A stretch of 64,000 bases of DNA from Octopus vulgaris. Its lineage: Eukaryota. The position numbers and the translations under genes were made by a program. The stretch lies in contig OX597826.1 of assembly GCA_951406725.2 (NCBI GenBank), forward strand, positions 4,836,001-4,900,000, written 5' to 3'. The notes under the pieces are model-generated. The model saw only the letters and a program-made list of their open reading frames with translations, searched no databases and was not told where the DNA came from. Positions 1 through 12,411 of this stretch are shown here, piece after piece (position 1 is the first letter of the stretch; each line of letters starts with the position of its first letter).

Positions 1-61
1 ACTTGCTTCTTGATTCATATTCAGATGTTTCTAGTTTGTGAACAAGTTTTTCCTTTGCCAT
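1..61 (-). CDS. Possible first coding segment of a minus-strand gene running off the left edge (MAKEKLVHKLETSEYESRSK...)
   Basis: ATG at 61-59 in context aactATGg, frame open to position 1. Acceptor-like gatttgtttttctcAG at 129-128 and an in-frame upstream TAA. Region 1-390 is microsatellite-free. No recognisable homology. Confidence 0.2.
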   Translation of the reverse strand, partial: MAKEKLVHKLETSEYESRSK

Positions 62-501
62 AGTTTCGATATTGGATTCACAATCTTTAAGTCGTGGTTT
101 CAGTTCTTGTTTCGGTTCTTAGTTTCTCTGAGAAAAACAAATCGTCCGTCCCACAATGCTTCAGTCTACTCTGCGGAAAATTACTACCGACGCAAGCTCA
201 GCACTGGGTGTTTCTCTTCGACCAAATGGCATCCAACTCAAAACTATGTTTTGGAAGACCAAATTCTCCAGCAGAACAGAAAACGTTTGCGTTTGTTTTG
301 AACCTGGTACAATGGCATGATAGTACACGGTACGCCCTGCAAACCCACTGCATTGCTGTCCGTCTGAGCATGAAACGTATCGCAGCTCATATATAAATCC
401 TGTTTATCAAATAATATTTATTTATATACAGATATACGCATACATATCACACACACTGACACACAAACATCTTTGCATGTATCCATCACTCTCTCTCTCC
501 G

Positions 502-536
<35 letters not shown>

Positions 537-869
537 CCCATGGGACCTAATAGTTAATGTTCACGGCGTCCCTCGCCAGACATTATTTCGTAAGGATTAA
601 AAAGTGAGCTTTAACCACATTAACCTTGTCCATTTATACATATATACCACAATCTGTCGAGGGGCTTCACAAAAGAAACTGCTCCCAGCAGCCCTTTTTT
701 CCTTCTCTTCGTTGCTTTCTTCTTTCTCACTCAGAGGAGCGTATCGGCGCGTATATAAGAAAAATATGTTAAAAATATAAAAAATGATGCGATTTATAAG
801 TTTATCGCTTCGATGAATATAACGAGCTGTAATCAAATTATATATACACGTCGAAATAATTCTAATACA

Positions 870-908
<39 letters not shown>

Positions 909-1019
909 CGTTGTGGTTACTATTCCTTTATATTTCTAAGCAATATACCTCAGTAATATTGATAATAATATTTCTGTATATTTTGTAATTATGTGTAGAT
1001 TTATTGGATTTTATTTGTC

Positions 1020-1060
<41 letters not shown>

Positions 1061-1566
1061 GGTATTTTCCCTTTTTTTATTATTTTTAAGTGTGGAAGAG
1101 ACTTTTAATCAAATCATAAAAACGTATTGATGCGGGACATATATATATATCTTGCCAAATTGGCAATAAAGTTTAATTAATTAAACAAATAGACACACGC
1201 CCAGATATGCGTACGCTACGCGCGCACGCACACAGATACGCTCGCATATATATATTTATATGTGTGTGATAGTTTGTATATAAGTATGTATGTAAATGTG
1301 AGCGAGTACCGATTTTATTTATTTGAGCATATTTAATTAGCAACGCTACTTTGGACTCTTCTACAACATCGTATTTCTATCATTTCACATATTCCTGTTA
1401 GTTCTTTTGTCTTTAGTTGCTATTTAGCAGCTTCTAAAATATGTTTTCGCATGTCTGTTTCATCGACGAGTGAAAGTCACGTGCTTTTCCGCTGCAAGAT
1501 TCTTCAGCCGCACGTCGTCCATTGTGTATCTTGTATGATCGCGTGTATTCGTGTACTCGCGCGCGC

Positions 1567-1615
<49 letters not shown>

Positions 1616-1642
1616 TATGTGTGTATGTGTATACGTACGTAT

Positions 1643-1685
<43 letters not shown>

Positions 1686-1720
1686 TAGATATATGCGTAT
1701 GTGTGTATGTGTACGCGTAC

Positions 1721-1768
<48 letters not shown>

Positions 1769-1928
1769 ATTTGTGTGTATATGTATGTGTACGTATAGAG
1801 AGAGAGAGAGAGAGAGTGGGGGCATACATTATTTCGCGATTTGCACCGAGTGAAGCACGGCAGTCAGCAATTATAGCGTCGCAATTCATACGGATTAGCG
1901 CTTTCCTCCATTGGTAGATATGGAAACG

Positions 1929-1977
<49 letters not shown>

Positions 1978-2960
1978 GGCGTTCTCTTTTTTTTATTATT
2001 TTTACTCTCTGAAAATGAAACAGTAAACACCTGTTTAGTTTGGTTTGGACGAGCTGTAATAGATGAGTTGTTGGAGGAAAGAAAACAACAACAAAATAAC
2101 CTGCCTTAGAGCTTTCTTGATGTGGTCCTGCTTTGTATAAAAGATTGGTCATGTAATTGAATCTGTCAAATTAACTTTAAAGGGACCAACCAGCACTCGT
2201 TGCAAACTTCTTTTTGCCGATCTTTCGCCCTTGTTTTCCATATATTTCGTCTACATTTATTTTTCAGATTTTAATTAAATTCTTCTTTTTCGCCTCACTC
2301 GTTTTTATATATCCTACTCAGGCTCCCCCCAATCATTCACTCACTCCCTTTCACTCCCTAAATCTCTACTCTCCCTTGTTATCTTATGCTGTCTCTATCG
2401 TCTACATAATTTTCTTTCCTTTTTTTTTTGTTTTTGTTTTTCTCTTTTTCCATTTCCTTCTCCTTCTGGTGTTCATACGCTCTTCTTCCTAACGTATCCC
2501 ATTTAAAGTAATGTGATATTGATATTCTACTGGGAGTAAAAATCGATATTAGCCAAATACTGTTCACACGATATTGAACAGTATTCAAGAGATAACCATA
2601 AACTTTTGCGTCGCCTTTTCTGTATAACTAGAAACCGCCGTCCTGATATATTTACAAAACAACGTTGAAACTCTCGTTCCAAATACATGCCTCATATTCT
2701 TATATAGTATTTTTTGTCGTTTACGTACCTACGTATTTACATTTAAACAGTTATATTCAAGAGCATGATACGGCCTAAATAAGCTGCGGAATAAGCAACG
2801 AGGTTAAATAACTGCTCATATTCCAGGCTTTACGTTTAGTTCACGCTGCTGCATGAAATTAGCATCCAAGAACGCATTTGTAGCTTTCCGACTGACGATT
2901 CTGCTGGCCAAAGGAGGCAAATAAATCTCACCCAATCATACAATATTGCTGTATTGCATA

Positions 2961-3133
2961 GTCGTAGGAGGGGCTGTGTGGTAAGTAGCTTGCTTACCAA
3001 CCACATGGTTCCGGGTTCAGTCCCACTGAGTGGCACCTTGGGCAAGTATCTTCTACTATAGCCTCGAGCCGACCAAAGCCTTGTCAGTGGATTTGTTAGA
3101 CGGAAACTGAAAGAAGCTCGTCGTGTATATGTA

Positions 3134-3180
<47 letters not shown>

Positions 3181-3675
3181 TAAGTAGCTTGCTAACCAAC
3201 CACACGGTTGCGGGTTCAGTCCCACTGCGTGGCATCTTGGGCAAGTGTCTTCTGCTATAGCCCCGGGCCGACCAATGCCTTGTGAGTGGATTTGGTAGAC
3301 GGAAACTGAAAGAAGCCTGTCGTATATATGTATATATATGTATATGTGTGTGTGTGTGTGTTTGTGTGTCTGTGTTTGTCCCCCTAGCATTGCTTGACAA
3401 CCGATGCTGGTGTGTTCACGTCCCCGTCACTTAGCGGTTCGGCAATATATATATATATATAGAAGTGTGTGTGTGTGTGGTGTGTGTATACGTTTGTGTT
3501 TGTTCCCCCCCCCCCCCCAACATCGCTTGACAACCGATGCTAGTGTGTTTACAGACCGATAGAATAAGTACTAGGCTTACAAAGAATAAGTCCCGGGGTC
3601 GATTTGCACGAGTAAAGACGACGTTCCAGCAAGGCCACAGTCACATGGCTGAAACAAATTAAAGAGTAAAAGAGT
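2961..3675 (+). mobile_element. tRNA-headed SINE family A, composite of two nested/partial copies
   Basis: A-box GGCTGTGTGG, B-box GGTTCAGTCCC, CCTTGGGCAAG motif, internal (TA)n/(TG)n, 3' tail ...GAAACAAATTAAAGAGTAAAAGAG. Head present twice (2961, 3178); more than 10 homologous copies in the window. Confidence 0.9.
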
Positions 3676-3924
3676 ATAATTAATTGGTAACATTGTTTAA
3701 CGTACTCGTAGATAAATCATGTTTGAGTAAAAGACTGAAAGTTAATGATATGAATGATAGCGCCCACGAATATATTCAATCAGAGCCGACATAGGGATTA
3801 GTAACGACAAAAACTGGATGAAAAGTATTCCAATTAAACTGCTTTATTTTCGTCTGGCCCACCTTTGGGCTGTTATATCCTTCATGGGGTCGTAGGGGCA
3901 ATATCATATATTCTTTTCTACTCT

Positions 3925-4030
3925 ATGCACATAGCCCGAAATTTTGGTGGGAGGGGACCAGTCGATTAGATCGACTCCCGTACGCAACTGGTACGATCCC
4001 GAAAGGATGAAAGGCATAGTCGACCTCCGA
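3925..4030 (-). mobile_element. SINE family B fragment (diverged)
   Basis: Reverse complement of the GGTCGACTTTGCCTTTCATCCTTTCGGG core seen at 27834 and 52909. Confidence 0.75.
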
Positions 4031-4530
4031 GCAATATTAGATATTGTCTCAACAATACGTCCCAGCAGGTTTCAATATGGCAGATTTCTTCCAGAAAGAG
4101 AAAAAAAAAATCAGATTAAGGAGAAGAACCGGCAAATATATTGCTGATATTTTATTTGGTGGCGTTCGAAAATCGAAAATCTAAAACTGTACTTTGGTGA
4201 AGTTTGAACTCGGAGTACATATAAACGGGAAAGATGAGCGAAGCCTTGCAGTAAGCTTGATGAAATAAAACTAAAGTAAACAGGTTCACAAGTATTTATG
4301 AAACGTAACAAATAATTTAAAATTTCTTTGTGGTTTGTCGGGAGTGGAGTTCAGTTCGTTTCGCACTACCTGCGAAACACTGACGATCAATGCAAAACAG
4401 GAATTTGCACCGCATCTGCGAAACGATTCAGAAACCGGATTTCCTTTATTAAAGTAAGCGTAAGAAACTAAATGCATAATTGTGTCAGCTAATTGGAGAG
4501 TGGGCGTCCATATCATTCTGGTATACACAC

Positions 4531-4576
<46 letters not shown>

Positions 4577-4709
4577 CTTAATCGGTGCGTGACGATAAAA
4601 GAAACACTTTTCTATATTAATACATATATTGTTTAACTGCGATGCAAAAATTATATCTGAGAGTATTCCTTACATTGTAAACAATACGGTAGTGTTCTTG
4701 AGATCCTTT

Positions 4710-4905
4710 CTAATATAGGCACAGGGCCTGAAGTTTTGGGGGAGGGAAATAGTCGATGTAATCGACCCCAGAATTTCACGATTACTTAATTTATCAACCC
4801 TAAAATGACGAAAGACAAAGTCGACCTCAGCGGAATTTGAACGTAGCGTCGGGCAAAATCCTGCTAATCTTTTTGTCCAGCCGGCTAATGACTTTGCCAG
4901 CTCGT
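4710..4905 (-). mobile_element. SINE family B (diverged)
   Basis: AAAGTCGACCTCAGCGGAATTTGAAC...TTGCCAGCTCG matches the family B reverse complement. Confidence 0.8.
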
Positions 4906-4923
4906 CATCTTACGTTTTTCTTT

Positions 4924-5169
4924 TGCGCCCTTTTAAAGCCTAGCAAGGCTCATGGGCCCGGTTTCCCGGTTTCAATGGCGTATATGTTCCCCAGCTGGAC
5001 GGGACACCAGTCCATCGCAGGGTTACTCAGTTTTGCCAGCTGAGTAGACTGGAGCAACGTGAAATGAAGCGTTATGCTCAAGAACACAACGCGTCGCCCG
5101 TTCCAGCAATCGAAACCACAATCTTACGATCATGATGCTGACGCCCTAACCACTAAGCCACGCGCCTCC
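4924..5169 (-). mobile_element. tRNA-headed SINE, family D head with an alternative 3' tail
   Basis: Minus strand begins GGAGGCGCGTGGCTTAGTGGTTAGGG...GGTTTCGATT (A/B boxes). Shares TTCTTGAGC...TTTCACGTTGCTCCAGT with 58850-59181 and 60333-60660, then diverges. Confidence 0.85.
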
Positions 5170-5717
5170 ACCGTCGTCTTACGTACTGTACTTAATATCG
5201 GACGCAATGAAAACTGAAGATTCGATACGCATCTTTTGGGGGGCATTTTCGTCGTCATTTCCCCGAATTAACAAGAAAACTTCATAACTCTGCCACGTGA
5301 TCACATCTAAGATCAAAATGATCGGAATTACCAAAGATGCGTTTAATGATTTAGCAAGCAAAAAATAATAATAATAATAAAAACAGTTTTATTTCTGTAG
5401 GCAGAGGTCAGATACAAGGATATCATCTACTTACTAATTGCCTATTTGGAATATGGTTTCAGTTCAGACGAGCGCAAAACGAATTGCGTGTTGAGTTTTA
5501 TCGACAATAATAGTAACAATATTTCCTATTCACTAACATCCAATGATATGTGTTGGATTGTTTTGCTGCCTAGTAACTTTGCGGTTTGACAAGAGACTAA
5601 CAGAATACGTTTCACACTTTAAAGAACAATTACTGGTATCAATCTGCTCGATTAAAAGCTTGAAGCCGGTAGTACACCATCGCTGTACTGTAATGAGAGA
5701 AAAACGAAAATATAAAA

Positions 5718-5760
<43 letters not shown>

Positions 5761-7762
5761 TGTATGTTTGTACTTATTTATCTATATGTATGCATGTATA
5801 TAAATGTATATAAGTATGTATACGTACTTACATATATATATATATGCGCACTCATACAACCCCGTATATATGTATGTAAAGGGAGAGAGAGAAGGATCGG
5901 CGGAGGGAGACACTGTGCAAGTGAAAGAGAGAAAGTAGTAAAGAGAAACTGTAGCTGAAATTCGTAATAAAATCTAATATTGCAATTACTAATACTACGC
6001 CGCTCAACAACTCCATCCATGCGTTTGTGCAAATGATCCAGATTTATCGATCTCACTAAGAAATTATTACAAGATGCCGATAGACAATTGATGTTGCACT
6101 AATGTAAATTAGCTGGGATATTTTATAGAATTCCAAAGTGATTGCACGAAACGAAAGTAGGTCTTCCATGAATAGCTGCTTCCGAGCGCATACGTATGTT
6201 TTGTGCCTGGGAAGGTTCTTTCACACTAATGGTAATATGTGAATACATATACATAGATATACGTGTGTAGGTGTTTGTGTTTGTGTATGTGTGTGTGTGT
6301 ATTTGTGTGTGTGTGTATTTATGCATTTGTGGATATGTAATATTTATTTTAATAATTCATTTATTCATACAGTCTTTTGAAATTCAGTGCAATTCTATAG
6401 AAGCGTTTTTAAATTTGAACAAATAACTGTTATTATGTTATTTTTCAAAAATCTGCATAAGCATGTATATATTTCTCTGTGTTGTTTTTAGTTTTATTAT
6501 TAAAACTTTTCACCATTTGAAAAATGCCGGTTTCTAATTCAGAAAGAAGGTTCCTTCATCGGAATTTAGAAAACGTCAACCAAATAGCTGAGTATAACCG
6601 GGTGAATGTACGTCAGTATGTACGTGTATTATATATGTTCGTGCGTTTGTACTCACACGTATGTGCGCAGGCCTACATGTCATCGCGTCCATGGATTTAT
6701 ATAGACTCATTTATGTATAAGTACAAATAATATGTGTGTATGTACCTGTTGCATGCACGTCATTGATTAACACACACAGCACTGCCTGTCGTTGCCGCCA
6801 TCACATATCAGGCGAACCATTTCTCTTACTTAGAAATTCTTTACCTCACACCACCTCTCATACTAACCGACTTTCTATCATCTCTCTTTCGTCAAAATGC
6901 ACACTTCATTCTCTGAACATAGCATAAATGAATAGTCTAAAACCAATCAAGATATTTAGCAATACGTATGGATGATTCCATCTTTGGTGTACCGAAATCG
7001 ATATTCTGATCATTATGGAAATTTGTTTTCGTCAAATTTCGCTGTTATTAAAAGCATATAGGACTTGTTACATTTTAGCTGTTCAGGAGTCGATTTTCGT
7101 GCATTTAAAACGAACATTTCAATTAATATCTATTTTTATAAAATATATGTTCTAGCAATTTCGTATTTTTGTGATAGTATCAACAGAGGATGAGTAATCA
7201 TTCATAGTATTTCATAGGTTCGCTGGTCTGAGGAGGAGAAAGACAAACTTTTGAACTATCCTAAATAACTGCAACAGATTAAACTCTGCTAAAGTGTCAT
7301 ACATACGGACATCCGCGTTCTTGGACCTTCATGCCTAAGAATGACAATTTTTCTACTGATTTATTTGCCTCTTACACTGCTTGTCTCCTGGTCTATATAG
7401 CTTATCATTGGGACATGATGCGTGTTTAAGTTTTATGCATGGAGACGGATTCACGTGATTTCAGGTCATGCTCACACATCGTTAAGAAGCTTATTTGACA
7501 CATATATTAGGACCACGGCACAACTGAGTTGTGTGCATTTTACCCACAAGGTCATCTTCCGTCATTCGATCTGTAACTAGAGCTCTTCAAAGTATTACTA
7601 CTCAGGGCCAGAACGGGTTTGGGCGAAGTGGTAATGAGAGGTAATTCCTTACACCTCAAAACTCCGAAACTCCGAGATACAGCCTCATAACCGGAGACGG
7701 TTTTATGTATTTCCTAGGATAAGACTGGGTGTTGAAGTAGGACAAGAATTAAGTCTATCAAC

Positions 7763-7803
<41 letters not shown>

Positions 7804-8281
7804 TTAATGCATCATACAATTTTGTAATGTTTGCAATCTCAACATAGTAACGGACAGTGGATACAGAGTATCTAAAATAGGTGAAAAAGCAATCACCTAA
7901 GTACAAGGTGAAGCAGAAATAAATAAGTCTTGGGACAACTGGGAAATATAGATTCATGCCCCATCTAACATTATTTTGTTATGTTTTGCGGTTATATGCT
8001 ATCCACCCAATTCTACTACACAGTACCCTGCAACAAGACAACAACAACTAATATAATTGAAACTGCAACATTAATAGTAAATGGTGTATCATCAGTGAGA
8101 ATAATATCAATAATAAATAAATATTTTGATGACGAACATGGCGGTAGCGACAACGACAATGGCGACCATATTGGCGTTGACGATGACAACGATGGTGACG
8201 TCGGCAGAAACGGTGTTGACAACGGCTACAGCAACGACGATATCGAAGATTACGAGAGTGATGATGATAATGCTGCTGTTG

Positions 8282-8313
<32 letters not shown>

Positions 8314-9381
8314 GGTCGTCGTCGTCGTCGTGGTAGCTATCCTGGTGATTTCTAAATTTTAACATATGAAAAAAAATGTACTGCGCTTAATGGAGTCTTT
8401 TATTTATTTATTTTTTTAAAATTTACTCTCTCTCTCTTTCTCTCTCTCTCTCTCTTTCTCTCTTTCTCTCTCTTTACTTTAAATATTCAGAAGGCTTGAA
8501 AGTAAATGTGTCATTGTTTTCTTCGTTTACTCTTGTAGACGGTAGAAAATGCAAAAAAAAAAAAAAATTAATAAATAAATAAAAATAAGAAACACAACAA
8601 AAAGCCGTTACACACACAAACAAACACGTACATACACACACAAACAAGCAAAATCGCCTTTGCAAACAATAAAATACGCATAGTCATACACTCACATACA
8701 CGCATCTATATGAAGATACACACACACACATATATATATGTATACATATATATATATGTATGTATATGTATATATATATACGATCTTGTTTATCGGAAGC
8801 CAAAATATATAAACAAGTACACTTAATACAAATAAACTAACAATAAACAATGCAAAAATAAAATGAAAATAAACAAAAAGTCTACGAATGAAATTAGTCT
8901 TTTAAACACCATCTCGCTGCTTAATAAGTGATCTGTTATTTAAATTAAAATACAATATGAAGTACTGCAAGGCGTTGTTTTTGCTCCAGTTGTTTTCTAT
9001 TCTTTTTTCTGTGCAGACATGATTTTCGTTTTTTATTTCTTTCTTAGAATAAATTTATTTCATTGAGTTATATTTGAAATTTATTATTGATTACAGACAC
9101 ACGTAAGCAGTTTTTTTTTTTTCAAGTAACACCGCTCAGTCATTCTGTCAGTTGTAAACTCTCGTGATTAAGCCTTAATTTTAGATATTCATCTTCATTA
9201 AAGGGTTTATTATGAGATAATAAATAGACGAATAAATAAATCTATAAAAGAAAAATCGAAAGTAAAACAAAGGAACTATATATATACATATATTCAAGTT
9301 GTAGGTGTGTATAAATATATATATATCCACAACTTCAACCGTTTTTTTTTCGCACCACATATACACACACACAAACAGACG

Positions 9382-9433
<52 letters not shown>

Positions 9434-9479
9434 TATATATATATATAGTTAATCCATATATATGAAAATATAAAAATAT

Positions 9480-9645
9480 ACGTGAGAATGGAATAAGTTC
9501 AGTGTTATATTGGGCGCCAGGAAAGGAAAGAAAAGAAAGAGGGATTTATATTTCGAGCGGAGCTCTTCGTCAGAAATATAGAAAAAAGTCCAAAGAAGGG
9601 AAGACGGAGAAAGAATATCGCCAACGATACACACGCGGTTACGCA
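9480..9645 (-). mobile_element. Short hammerhead-bearing element (Penelope pLTR-like), GAGC/GCTC helix II family
   Basis: Minus strand: tattt CTGACGA A GAGC tcc GCTC GAAA tata aat..., then TTCCTGGCG...ATAACAC resembling the 3' motif of the copies at 10401, 33120, 45697 and 46199. Flanked by TA- and CA-rich tracts. Confidence 0.7.
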
Positions 9646-9690
9646 CACACACACACACATATATACTTTATTTAAAAGCAGCACAAATAT

Positions 9691-9743
9691 AACAAAAGCT
9701 GTTACTCAGAGTTTCACGTTCCCGTTCCTCAGACAGTTTTGTT
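9691..9743 (-). ncRNA. Type I hammerhead ribozyme, intact core
   Basis: Minus strand AACAAAACUGU CUGAGGA ACG-GGAA-CGU GAAA CUC-U-GAG UA^ACAG(C)UUUUGUU: 11-bp helix I with one bulge, canonical CUGANGA and GAAA, GNRA-capped helix II, palindromic helix III, GUA cleavage triplet (cut between 9703 and 9702). Confidence 0.85.
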
Positions 9744-10049
9744 AAAATATTCCACCTTGTTTCACGTTTATATCCTTACTCCGGTATATATATATATCGT
9801 AACATATAATTGCCAACCAAGTGTGGCGTCATATACGGGACAGTGCTACTGACGTTCATAGCCCCAGAAAGACATCTCTTCCAGCTGGCTAACGACACAC
9901 ATTCTGTGTCCGATTTGTATTTGCGAGGGGAAGTCATTGCTCTCATCCCTAGACGTACGTGATACACACGGACTCGAGTTTCTGGGTCGTTACCCGTCCC
10001 CAGCGTGTGTAAATCACCAGCTACTGATGAAACCTCAATCATTCAGAAT

Positions 10050-10330
10050 GCATGACAATTTGATCTTTGAATGACTAAAAGATCACTCAATGAGCGAAGT
10101 CCAATATTTGCTTGATTTGAAAACCGTTTTGGATATTCCACCAAATGTATATTCACACTTCATGGTGAACAAAATCTTAAGAGCTTCAGTCTGAAATTTA
10201 TTCTCATTTCTTTTTACCTTCAACTATCCCTTAGCTTGCCCGATCAATTTTTTTCTCCCTTTAAGTATTATTGAACAATCTTGATATCTGTTGATGATTT
10301 TTCGCTTAGAATCTTGCATGGCGTACGTTG
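10050..10330 (-). pseudogene. Decayed Tc1/mariner-like transposase fragment
   Basis: Minus-strand translation with stops and frameshifts gives ...IKIVQ*YLKGEKN*SGKLR (cf. HTH-GRPR) and VIF-SHSKIKL (cf. VIFSDESKI). Confidence 0.4.
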
Positions 10331-10357
10331 GCGGAACCCTGATCTCATTGTTAACTT

Positions 10358-10400
<43 letters not shown>

Positions 10401-10408
<8 letters not shown>

Positions 10409-10531
10409 TTCTGTAGAAAAACGTAGGCTCGAAACGTAAAAAAGACTTTTACTATTCCTGAGCGTTATACTAATACATCCGTTTGATTTGTACACCACCT
10501 GTCTTCGTCTTTCGCTTTTTGCGTAAACCCT

Positions 10532-10535
<4 letters not shown>
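10401..10535 (+). mobile_element. Short hammerhead-like element, U6 sub-family (helix II damaged)
   Basis: ttt CTGTAGA A AAAC GTAG GCTC GAAA CGTA aaa...TTCCTGAGCGTTATACTAATACA...ACACCACCTGTCTTCGTCTTT; closely matches 45761-45897; lies between (GT)n and (TA)n. Confidence 0.75.
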
Positions 10536-10620
<85 letters not shown>

Positions 10621-11239
10621 TGTGTGTGTGTGTGTGTGTGTGTATGTGTGTATGTATGTTTATATATTCGTTCAAATTATGTAGTCCTATGCCTCATGCA
10701 TTCTACTCTTTTTCGCCATGTCGCTCTCCTAATATCTGCTAGAGTTAAGATACATCTGTCGACGTGTTTGATGACCCCTACTGACGCAGAAACCTGTGTA
10801 TATAGCTCTCCTCTTTTTTTCTAAAGTTACCCACTTTATTTCCCGCTCTATACATGTCAATTTCGGACAAACTTATATTCATGAACTTATCTGCTTTTCT
10901 CTACTGAGCCAGTCGCAGTTGCCACGAGGCATTTGTTTACTCTTAAAGAAAATATAACATTAAAAAATCAAGAATCACTTTTCTTTGAGCTTACCTATCT
11001 TATTCATTTGTGTTTATGTATGTGTTTGTGAGCGGGTGGGTATAGCGACACACCTTCACTTTCTCTTGCACTCTCTTACATCCCATAAATCACATACAAG
11101 TTATGGATCGCAATTTTATGTATAGGACAAAGATTACATTTCATTTAAAGGAACAATACGATGTCAATCCGGTGTCCAAGTACGAATCGATTATTGCTGC
11201 TCCCTCTCTTATATCTCTCTTTCTCTTTCTCTCAGTCTC

Positions 11240-11306
<67 letters not shown>

Positions 11307-11351
11307 CTGATACTTATTTAGTCTCTGTATCTGTTGCTGTATGTGTACATA

Positions 11352-11782
11352 TTACTTTTACTCTTTTACTTGTTTCAGCCATTTGACTGTGACCATGCTT
11401 GAGCACCGCATTTAATCGAGCCAATAGATCACATGACTTATTCTTTGTAAGCCTATCGGTATCTATCGATATATTTTGCCAAACCGCTAGGTTACGGGGA
11501 CGTAAACACACCAGCATCTGTTGTCAAGCGATTTTGGGGGCACAAACACAGACACACAAACATATACACCCACGTACATATATATATATAGATATATAGA
11601 TATATATATATACATATATACGACGGGCTTCTTTCAGTTTTCATCTACCAAATCCACTCACAAGGCTTTGGTCGGCCTGCGGCTATAGTAGAAGACACTT
11701 GCTCAAGGTGCCACGCAGTGGGTCTGCACCCGGAACCATTTGGTTGGTAAGCAATCTGCTTACCATACACCCACTCCTACGA

Positions 11783-11783
<1 letters not shown>
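11352..11783 (-). mobile_element. SINE family A, full length
   Basis: Reverse complement of head, internal microsatellite and tail; 5' end GTCGTAGGAG as at 2961. Confidence 0.9.

Positions 11784-11868
<85 letters not shown>
11784..11868. repeat. (TATC)n microsatellite
   Basis: Direct reading. Confidence 0.95.
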
Positions 11869-11869
<1 letters not shown>

Positions 11870-12411
11870 ATATATGAGACATAAAGAGCATGAAATCCAC
11901 ACGAACCAGCAAAGCATTTCGATTGGTAAATACAAAGACATGGATAGACAACTCGATAAACACATAGACAAATACATTTATTCTATAGATTCATCTAATT
12001 TTCCTTTTCCGATCTGCAACATGTTTCTCAGAGATTTTGTCTCCAAAACCTTTATTTTATCTTCTTTGTGTATGACATGTAACACATTCCTATTATTCAT
12101 TTTGTATACGGATATGTATAATATGTAATGTTCGCATAGGAAAAACGAGTAAAGGACGATTGGCTACGATGACAATCGTGACAAATCGTCGCGAAAATAG
12201 AAAGATAAGACGATAAGAAATTTACATAAGCGAAAATCTCTACATGAAATGAAAGCAACAACGAAATGTAAAATGTTTTGGGGCAAATAAAGGAAGAAAC
12301 ATCTGTCAATGCAAAATAAATTGGCAATAAGAGATTCCGAAGATTTCCATGAATAAATGGTCTGGAAAATCGTATGTGCGCGCGCGCACACGCTGACATA
12401 TATATGTATAG

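Noticed and set aside
1478-1515. Minus-strand CTGAAGA...GAAA with flanking CGTGC/GCACG pairing
   Set aside because: No helix III/UH cleavage site and helix II barely pairs; not a hammerhead.
1434-2030. 198-aa ORF and the many other YIYI/THTH/CVCV ORFs across the window
   Set aside because: Translations of (TA)n, (CA)n and (ATT)n microsatellites; no coding features.
2836-3400. ORFs such as MLGGQTQTH.../GTEPGTMWLVSKLLTTQPLLRL recurring at several loci
   Set aside because: Antisense translations of SINE family A, not a gene family.
5210-5237. AAAA CTGAAGA TTC GATA CGCATC TTTT, hammerhead-like
   Set aside because: GATA instead of GAAA, no helix II and only an A/U helix I; compatible with chance.
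7981-8355. 124-aa Asp/Asn-rich ORF
   Set aside because: Degenerate GAC/GAT/GTT/GGT trinucleotide repeat region with no convincing splice context.
8957-9022. Signal-peptide-like mini-ORF MKYCKALFLLQLFSILFSVQT* as first exon of the 20824 gene
   Set aside because: No phase-1 GT donor before the stop; the hydrophobicity is explained by a T-rich tract.
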